Shown here: piece after piece, positions 1 through 6,554 of the stretch
Numbering within the stretch: the stretch's first letter is position 1
Layout of the letters: each line of letters begins with the position of its first letter
Assembly: GCA_031370785.1 (NCBI GenBank)
Contig: JANMQY010000044.1
Span: 1-19,823, forward strand
DNA: 19,823 nucleotides
Direction of reading: 5' to 3'
Origin: Candidatus Eiseniibacteriota bacterium
GTDB taxonomy: Bacteria > Eisenbacteria > RBG-16-71-46
Made by a program: the position numbers and the translations under genes
Notes under the pieces: model-generated
The model's database searches: none
The model's input: only the letters and a program-made list of their open reading frames with translations
Told to the model about the DNA's origin: nothing

Positions 1-612
1 GCGTTCGAGAGCGGGGAGGACGTGCACGTGAACACCGCACGCCGGATCTTCGGCGTCCGCGAGGGACCGCTCGATCCGCAGCTGCGCGCCCGCGCCAAGG
101 TGGTGAACTTCGGAGTCATGTACGGAATGGGCGCGCGAAGCCTTTCGCAGCAGATGGGCATCGGACTGGCCGAGGCACAGGAGTTCATCGCCGGCTACTT
201 CCGAGTGTACGCGCGGGTGCGCGAGTTCCTCGACCAGACCGTGGAGCAGGCGCGCCGCGACGGCTACGTGCGCACGCTGCTCGGAAGGCGGCGCTGGCTG
301 CCGGGTCTCACCAGCGGCAATGGTGCGCTGCGCTCGTTCGCGGAGCGCGCGGCGATCAACACTCCGATCCAGGGCTCGGCGGCGGACCTGATGAAGCTGG
401 CGATGGTGCGCGCGCAGCGCTCCTTGAAGGCCGCGACCCCCTCGGCTAGATTGCTGCTTCAGGTGCACGACGAACTCCTGATCGAATGCGCGGAGCGCGA
501 CGCCGAGACGGTGGCCGAGCGGGTCAAGGCCGAGATGGAGGGTTGCTTCCCGCTGCGCGTACCGCTCGTGGTGTCGCTGGGCACCGGGCGCACCTGGTTC
601 GATGCCCACTGA
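1..612 (+). CDS. polA: DNA polymerase I, C-terminal polymerase domain (5' partial; frame open from base 1)
   Basis: Family A motifs: D-V-H (AFESGEDVH), motif B RARAKVVNFGVMYG, GYVRTLLGRRR, AERAAINTPIQGSAADLMK, motif C LLQVHDEL. TGA at 610-612. Followed by coaE, a common arrangement. Confidence 0.97.
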   Translation, partial: AFESGEDVHVNTARRIFGVREGPLDPQLRARAKVVNFGVMYGMGARSLSQQMGIGLAEAQEFIAGYFRVYARVREFLDQTVEQARRDGYVRTLLGRRRWLPGLTSGNGALRSFAERAAINTPIQGSAADLMKLAMVRAQRSLKAATPSARLLLQVHDELLIECAERDAETVAERVKAEMEGCFPLRVPLVVSLGTGRTWFDAH

Positions 613-1255
613 GTCGCGGCGCGAACCGAGCGGCGATCCGCTGTTCATCCTCGCGCTGATCGGGCGTGCCGGAAGCGGCAAGAGCACGGTGGCCCGGGCA
701 CTGGCCGCGGACGGCGCCGAGCGCATCGAAGCCGACTGGCTCGGCCACGAGGTCACCGACCGCGACCCGGAAGTGCGCGCGGCGCTGACCGACGAATACG
801 GGGCCGGGGTCTATCGCGCCGATGGAACGCTGGATCGTGCTGCGGTCGCGGCGAAAGTGTTCCGCGATCGAGCGGCGCGCGCGCGGCTCGATGCGCTGAC
901 CCACCCGCGCATCATTCGAATGATCCGCGAGCGGCTCGCGGCGCTGCGCGAGCAGGGATTTCGCGGGGTGGTGGTGCTGGACGCAGCGCTGATTCTGGAC
1001 TGGGCACTCGAGCGCGAGTGCGACGCGGTGCTCGCGGTGACCGCACCGGAGGCGCTGCTGATCGAGCGGCTGGTACGCTCGCGCGGCTGGAGCGAAGCCC
1101 ACGCGAAGGCGAGGCTCGCGGCGCAGCGGACGCAGCAGGACTTTCGCGATCATGCCGACATCACACTCGACAATACCGGCACCGAGGACGAGCTGGTGCG
1201 CGTCGCGCGCGCCGCGCTCGCGCAGCTCGAGGAACGGCGCAACTTCCGACACTGA
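602..1255 (+). CDS. coaE: Dephospho-CoA kinase
   Basis: P-loop GRAGSGKST; IEAD..GH, DGTLDRAAVAAKVF, LDALTHPRI, RLAAQ and ADITLDNTG match CoaE. Overlaps the polA end by 11 nt. Confidence 0.92.
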   Translation: MPTESRREPSGDPLFILALIGRAGSGKSTVARALAADGAERIEADWLGHEVTDRDPEVRAALTDEYGAGVYRADGTLDRAAVAAKVFRDRAARARLDALTHPRIIRMIRERLAALREQGFRGVVVLDAALILDWALERECDAVLAVTAPEALLIERLVRSRGWSEAHAKARLAAQRTQQDFRDHADITLDNTGTEDELVRVARAALAQLEERRNFRH

Positions 1256-1273
1256 GGCTATTCGAAAGGACGC

Positions 1274-2384
1274 ATGCTCACTGCCGCAGATCTGCACAAG
1301 CGCCTTGCCGAGTCCCGCGCCACGCTGGACGGACTTCGGAGGTTCCTTTGACGTCGACGCACGCATCCGCGAGGTGGCGGATCTGGAGCGGCGAATGGGC
1401 GAGCCCGGATTCTGGGATCGCCCGGAGGACGCGCAGAAGACCGTCGCCTCGCTCAAGCGCGCCAAGAAAACCGTTGAGGACTGGAGCGCGCGCGATCAGG
1501 CGCTGAAGCACCTGGAGGAGCTGCTCGAGCTTTCCGAGGGCGAAGGCGACGGTGGGCTGCTCGCGGATCTGGCGCGCGAGCTCGACGCGGTCGAGATGCA
1601 GATCGCCGACCTCGAGACGCGTAGCCTGCTCTCCGGGGAACACGACCGGCTGGGCGCGATCGTCTCGATCCATCCCGGCGCGGGCGGCACCGAGTCGCAG
1701 GACTGGGCCGAGATGCTGTTCCGCATGTACACGCGCTGGGCCGAGCGCCACGGCTACGCCGCGAACATCCTCGACCTGCAGCCCGGGGATGAGGCCGGGA
1801 TCAAGGACGCGACGATCGAGATCACCAGCGAGTTTGCCTACGGGTATCTGAAAGGCGAGAGCGGCGTCCACCGGTTGGTCCGCATCTCGCCTTACGACTC
1901 GGCCCAGCGCCGCCACACCTCGTTCGCCTCGGTGTTCGTGTTTCCGATGGTCGACAGCACGATCAACGTCAACATCGCCCCGGGTGACCTGCGGGTCGAC
2001 ACGTTCCGCGCCAGCGGCGCGGGCGGGCAGCACGTCAACAAGACCGAGTCCGCGGTGCGCATCACCCACATCCCGAGCGGACTGGTCGTGCAGTCGCAGG
2101 CCGAGCGCAGCCAGCATCGCAACCGCGAGTTTGCGATGCGCATCCTTCAGGCGCGCCTGTTCGCCTACTACCAGGAGCAGGAGCGCGCGAAGACCCAGGC
2201 GCTCAAGGACGTCAAGAAGGACATCGACTTCGGCAGCCAGATCCGCTCGTACGTACTGCAGCCCTACACCATGGTCAACGACCACCGCACCGAGACCAAG
2301 GTGGGAGACGTTCACGCGGTGCTCGACGGAGAGATCGACACCTTCATCGACGCCTATCTGAAGAGGAAGGACACGTCGCCATGA
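1274..2384 (+). CDS. prfB: Peptide chain release factor 2, translated via programmed +1 frameshift (join 1274..1348, 1350..2384; ~369 aa)
   Basis: SD AAAGGA (1265-1270), then ATG 1274 reading MLTAADLHKRLAESRATLDGLRRFL-TGA. The +1 frame continues DVDARIREV... with GAGGTESQDWAEML, GVHRLVRISPYD, RRHTSF, GAGGQHVNKTESAVR and GSQIRSYV. Confidence 0.97.
1337..1352 (+). promoter_or_regulatory. prfB programmed +1 ribosomal frameshift cassette (internal SD + CTT-TGA-C)
   Basis: CGGAGG TTC CTT TGA C: SD-like GGAGG ends 3 nt before the slippery CTT codon (1346-1348), with in-frame TGA as codon 26. Same layout as E. coli prfB. Confidence 0.95.
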
Positions 2385-3748
2385 TCCCGCGCCACATCTT
2401 TCGCGAATACGACATCCGTGGCCTGCACGCGACCGAGCTCACCGACGCGGTGGCCGAGGGTGTCGGGCGGGCGTTTGGCACCACGCTCGCGCGCGAAGGC
2501 GGCCGGCGCGTGGCGCTCGGGCAGGACGTGCGCCCGAGTAGCTCGCGGCTCGCCGCCGCGGTCGAGCGCGGCTTCGTCGCATGCGGGCTGAAAGTCGAGC
2601 GGGTCGGCGTGGTGCCGACCCCGGCGCTCTACTACGCGGTCGCCGCACGCGACCTCGATGGCGGACTGCAGGTCACCGGCAGCCACAATCCTCCCGAGTT
2701 CAACGGATTCAAGATGTCGAAGCGCAAGGCGCCGGTGTTCGGTGCCGAGATCCAGGCGATGCTCGCCATGATCGAGCGCAGCGACTTCGTGTCCGGCGAG
2801 GGGGAGGCGTCGGGACGGCCGATTCTGGAGGAGTACCGCACCATGCTGGTGGAGCGCGTTTCGAGCACGCGTGGGCTGAAGGTGGTGATGGACTGCGGCA
2901 ACGGCTGCGCCGGAACCGTCGTGCCCGAGACGTTCGAGCGCATGGGACACCGCGTCACCGCGCTGTTCGCCGAGCTGGACGGGCGCTTCCCGAACCACCT
3001 GCCCGATCCGACCGTTCCCGCGCTGCTCGTGGATCTGCAGAACAAGGTGAAGGAGACCGGCGCGGATCTCGGGATCGGCTTCGACGGTGATGCCGATCGC
3101 ATCGGCGCGGTGGACGGCGGTGGACGCATCGTGTTCGGAGACCAGCTGCTTGCCCTGTTCGCGCGCGACGTGCTGCAGCGCGTGCCCGGCGCACAGATCA
3201 TCTTCGACGTGAAGTGCAGCCAGGGGCTCAAGGAGGACATCCTCGCGCACGACGGAAAACCGCTGATGTGGAAGACCGGGCACTCGCTCATCAAGGCGAA
3301 GCTGCTCGAGACCGGCGCGCCGATCGCCGGCGAGATGAGCGGGCACATGTTCTTCAGCGAGGGCTATTTCGGATTCGACGACGCGCTGTTCGCCGCCGGC
3401 CGGCTGTTGCGCTACGTGGCCTCCACCGGAAAGACGCTCGCCCAGCTGGTGGATTCGATCCCGAGCTACTACTCGACACCTGAGCTGCGACTCGCCTGTC
3501 CCGAGGAGCGGAAGTTCGCGGTGGTCGAGGAGCTGCGCCGCGAGTTCGCGGGTCGCTACGACGTGATCGACATCGATGGCGTGCGGGTCGAGTTCGGCGA
3601 CGGGTGGGGGCTGGTGCGCGCCTCGAACACCCAGCCGGTGCTGGTGGTGCGCTTCGAAGCGCGCACCCCGCAGCGCCTCGAAGAGATCCGCGAGATGTTC
3701 ATGGCTCCGCTGCGCCGGCTCGGCGTGGGCGAGGCCGTGGCGCACTGA
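2381..3748 (+). CDS. Phosphomannomutase/phosphoglucomutase (alpha-D-phosphohexomutase, AlgC-like)
   Basis: IFREYDIRG start, phosphoserine loop TGSHNP, metal-binding FDGDADR, sugar-binding GEMSGH, VRASNTQP. ATGA overlap with the prfB stop. Confidence 0.95.
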   Translation: MIPRHIFREYDIRGLHATELTDAVAEGVGRAFGTTLAREGGRRVALGQDVRPSSSRLAAAVERGFVACGLKVERVGVVPTPALYYAVAARDLDGGLQVTGSHNPPEFNGFKMSKRKAPVFGAEIQAMLAMIERSDFVSGEGEASGRPILEEYRTMLVERVSSTRGLKVVMDCGNGCAGTVVPETFERMGHRVTALFAELDGRFPNHLPDPTVPALLVDLQNKVKETGADLGIGFDGDADRIGAVDGGGRIVFGDQLLALFARDVLQRVPGAQIIFDVKCSQGLKEDILAHDGKPLMWKTGHSLIKAKLLETGAPIAGEMSGHMFFSEGYFGFDDALFAAGRLLRYVASTGKTLAQLVDSIPSYYSTPELRLACPEERKFAVVEELRREFAGRYDVIDIDGVRVEFGDGWGLVRASNTQPVLVVRFEARTPQRLEEIREMFMAPLRRLGVGEAVAH

Positions 3749-3767
3749 GTCGAGCGCCGCGCCGGCG

Positions 3768-4451
3768 ATGGCTCGAGCGCCGCATGCTGGAATCCGCCGC
3801 CGCCCCTCGCGCGCCTGGGGCCGTCCGCTGCCGCGTGCGTTCTTCGCCCGCCCGCCGCTGCGGGTCGCGGCCGCGCTGCTCGGGCGCGTGCTGGTGCTGG
3901 AACGCGGCTCCACGCTGCTCGCCGGGCGGATCGTCGAGGTCGAGGCCTACCTGGGCGCCGCCGATCCGGCCAGCCACGCGTTTCGCGGACGCACCGCGCG
4001 CAACGCGGTGATGTTCGGACCGGCCGGGCACGCCTACATCTACTTCACCTATGGCATGCACTACTGCCTGAACGTGGTGACCGGGCCTAAGGGACGCGCC
4101 TCGGCGGTGCTGCTGCGCGCGCTCGAACCGCTGGCCGGCCTCGGCGCGATGCGCAGGAGGCGCGGCATCGTCCCGATCGAGGCGCTTGCGCGCGGGCCGG
4201 GCAATCTGGCGCGCGCGCTGGGCCTGACGCGGGCGGAGAACGGTTGGGATCTCACACGCGGACCGCTATGGATCTCGGACCTTCCCGCGGACCGCGGGAA
4301 ACTCCGGATCGTGCGCGGGCCACGGATCGGGATCCGCCTCGCCGCGGACCGGCCGTGGCGCCTGCGGCTCGACGGCCATGCCTCGGTTTCCGGCGAGCGA
4401 TCCACGCGCGCCAGGTCACGATCGATGAGTTCCTCGTTGACACGCTCGTGA
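3768..4451 (+). CDS. DNA-3-methyladenine glycosylase (MPG/AAG family); start uncertain
   Basis: GRIVEVEAY, SHAFRGRTARNAVMFGPAGHAYIYFTYGMHYCLNVV, AVLLRALEP, GPGNL, PRIGI. The first in-frame ATG after the PMM stop is at 3768; the ORF-track start at 3576 overlaps PMM. Confidence 0.92.
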   Translation: MARAPHAGIRRRPSRAWGRPLPRAFFARPPLRVAAALLGRVLVLERGSTLLAGRIVEVEAYLGAADPASHAFRGRTARNAVMFGPAGHAYIYFTYGMHYCLNVVTGPKGRASAVLLRALEPLAGLGAMRRRRGIVPIEALARGPGNLARALGLTRAENGWDLTRGPLWISDLPADRGKLRIVRGPRIGIRLAADRPWRLRLDGHASVSGERSTRARSRSMSSSLTRS

Positions 4452-4465
4452 CCCGTTCCTAGTAT
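4437..4465 (+). promoter_or_regulatory. Sigma70-type promoter for the envelope locus, overlapping the glycosylase 3' end
   Basis: TTGACA (4437-4442), 17 nt, TAGTAT (4460-4465): perfect -35, optimal spacing and TAnnnT -10, ~125 nt upstream of ATG 4590. Confidence 0.75.
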
Positions 4466-4589
4466 CCCTCGTCCGTGCACCGCGCACCTCGTTGACCGCG
4501 CGCACTTTCGCCCGGCTGGCGGGAGCGTTTCTCTCCGCATTGCGGTCCGCCCGTCCATCGGTCCAGGCAGTTCAGGCAAAGGAGTTGGA

Positions 4590-6218
4590 ATGAGCCCTTC
4601 GCGCAGGGTTCTTCTGAGCGCGCTTTCGATCATATCCGCATTCAGCCTGTCGGCCGCCGCTGTGGCCTCGGGACAAACCATGGACGACACGCGCCGCTCG
4701 TTGGGCCTCGCGCCGGATCCGATCGCGCGTAGCCCGCGACTGCTTGGCATGGGCGGGGTCTCGCTGACGGTCGACGATCCGCACAACCGGATCAACCTGT
4801 GGGACTTTGCCGCCTTCCCGACGGGAGTCGTGGATGCCGACTCCAACTCGGTGATCGAGCTGCGACCGGCCACGGCCAGCGCTTCGTCGGTGCACGATCT
4901 GTCCGGCCTCGAGCGAGGACGCGAGCGCCAGGATCTGGCGCTGCGCGAGAACCGGTTCGGCTTCGAGATCTGGCGACGCAGCGGAATGACCACCTTCGGC
5001 GCGGTCGGTGATCTCGACGGCCTGCGCCACGACGAGCCGTACAGTGACGACACCGAGCATCGCCGCCGCCTGAGCCAGCCGAACATCGTGCCGCTCGTCG
5101 CCGGCCGGCTGCCTTACACGACTTCGGGAAACTCCCGCTTCGCGCTGCGCGTGCACTACCGCACCGAGACCGTGAGCGAGAAGTACCTCACCATCGTCGA
5201 GAACGGGGCCGGACAATATCTCGACCTGCACGGCGAGACATTGAATCCTCCGGACTTCTTCACCCCGGATGAAACTCGCACTTCTTCGCTCGGCGCGGGG
5301 CTGGCGATCTCGCACCGCGTCGCCTCGTGGCTGACGGTTGGCGTGGGAGTGGACGAGATCGCGAATCGGATTCGCGGTGGAAACCATGGCATCAAGTACG
5401 ACTCGCAGATCGACGAGGATCGTGACGTGACCAGCGGACAGGCGACCCTGATCGGGCGCATCGGGCCACACTTCGAGTGGGGTGCCGACGGCCGCGGATG
5501 GAGCTCGACTTCGGAGCAGCACTGGGCGTTCTCGCTCTCGGCAGGTCCGGCCGCCAACGCGGTCGACGGGCGGGGAAAGCTGGACGAGCGCGAGGAGAAA
5601 GGAAACTCGTTGAACACGCGCGCGCGCCTGACGCTGGGCCCGCTCCAGCTGGGCGCAGCGTTCGGCAGCTTCGACCGGAAGATCACGCTCACGCCTCCGG
5701 ATCCGAGCGATCCGACCTCGCTCAATCAATTCCTGCGCAACGTCTACAGTCGCCCGAGCGGAGACACGCTCAACCTGCCCGACAGCGTGAGCTACAACCA
5801 GATCACGACCCATTCATGGAACGCGGGCGGTGGAGTGGGACTCCGCATGGGCACGCATGCCCGATGGGCGGCCGAGTACCACGTCACCCGCGATCGCGAA
5901 GAGATGTTCGTGACCGGAGGGACCGGACCCGAGCGGCGTGCGTGGGATGTGCGCAGCGGACTGGAATGGAAGCTCAATCCGGTGCTCATGGGTCGGGTCG
6001 GCTACCAGTACGCCTGGCTCGACCGCGACCTCAAGATCCAGCAGAACGAGAGCAAGGGAAACAGCATGACGCTCGGGCTGGGACTTCGCCCGGACCGTGC
6101 CGCGTGGTCGTTCGACGCGGGGTATCTGATCCACTGGTCGCAGGCCGACTACGGCAGCCCGTGGAAGCCGCGCGGGAGTCGCCAGCTGCTCTCGAGCCAG
6201 GTGCGATGGGACTTCTAG
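4590..6218 (+). CDS. Uncharacterised outer-membrane beta-barrel protein (PorV/FadL-like N-terminal motif)
   Basis: SD AAGGAG (4579-4584); signal peptide MSPSRRVLLSALSIISAFSLSAAAVA; SPRLLGMGGVSLTVDD motif; many alternating amphipathic strands (WDVRSGLEWKL, LMGRVGYQYAW, WSFDAGYLIHW); C-terminal aromatic BAM-type end QVRWDF. Confidence 0.8.
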   Translation: MSPSRRVLLSALSIISAFSLSAAAVASGQTMDDTRRSLGLAPDPIARSPRLLGMGGVSLTVDDPHNRINLWDFAAFPTGVVDADSNSVIELRPATASASSVHDLSGLERGRERQDLALRENRFGFEIWRRSGMTTFGAVGDLDGLRHDEPYSDDTEHRRRLSQPNIVPLVAGRLPYTTSGNSRFALRVHYRTETVSEKYLTIVENGAGQYLDLHGETLNPPDFFTPDETRTSSLGAGLAISHRVASWLTVGVGVDEIANRIRGGNHGIKYDSQIDEDRDVTSGQATLIGRIGPHFEWGADGRGWSSTSEQHWAFSLSAGPAANAVDGRGKLDEREEKGNSLNTRARLTLGPLQLGAAFGSFDRKITLTPPDPSDPTSLNQFLRNVYSRPSGDTLNLPDSVSYNQITTHSWNAGGGVGLRMGTHARWAAEYHVTRDREEMFVTGGTGPERRAWDVRSGLEWKLNPVLMGRVGYQYAWLDRDLKIQQNESKGNSMTLGLGLRPDRAAWSFDAGYLIHWSQADYGSPWKPRGSRQLLSSQVRWDF

Positions 6219-6242
6219 CCGGGGCGGATCGCAAAAACATCC

Positions 6243-6272
6243 TTGACACAAACGGGCAATGCGCAGCATATT
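6243..6272 (+). promoter_or_regulatory. Candidate sigma70 promoter (distal) upstream of the TBDR
   Basis: TTGACA (6243-6248), 18 nt, CATATT (6267-6272), in a locally AT-richer intergenic stretch. Confidence 0.5.
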
Positions 6273-6465
6273 TCCTTTCGATTGGGCGTACGGCACCTCC
6301 GCGAGCGACCGGCTTGCTGGACCTTCCTCCATGTGCCCGGTTCTCACGCCCGCGAATCCACTCCATACCTGACGGCAATGACTGGGTCGCGCACAGCATG
6401 CGCGGGCGGACGGTTTTGCTTTCACTAACTCTTCTGTGCAAAACGAGTTGAGGTCGGGAAAAGCG

Positions 6466-6494
6466 TTGACACTCCGATGCGAGATTGGCATCGT
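6466..6494 (+). promoter_or_regulatory. Candidate sigma70 promoter (proximal) upstream of the TBDR
   Basis: TTGACA (6466-6471), 17 nt, CATCGT (6489-6494), with extended -10 TG at 6486-6487. Confidence 0.45.
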
Positions 6495-6554
6495 GATCCG
6501 GTCCATTTTCGCAGCGGCCCGAACGATCGAACCCAAGGCGAGGGGTTGAGTCGC

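Noticed and set aside
1152..1349. N-terminal 66 aa of the 410-aa ORF 1152..2384
   Set aside because: Overlaps coaE and is not RF2-like. The real N-terminus comes from ATG 1274 via the frameshift. prfB is not a pseudogene.
1887..1895. RF2 stop-recognition tripeptide SPY instead of SPF
   Set aside because: SPY is a known natural RF2 variant. Genes here end in TGA, TAG and TAA normally, so there is no sign of code reassignment.
3576..3767. N-terminal extension of the glycosylase ORF
   Set aside because: Overlaps the PMM/PGM coding region by >170 nt, with low-complexity Arg/Ala translation.
6243..6428. 61-aa TTG-start ORF in the intergenic gap (possible leader peptide)
   Set aside because: Its 'start' is the TTG of the TTGACA -35 box. 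There is no SD and no telling codon runs.
6275..6554. Known riboswitch (cobalamin/TPP/c-di-GMP) upstream of the TBDR
   Set aside because: I could not find the conserved cores by eye. Kept only as an unassigned structured-leader candidate.
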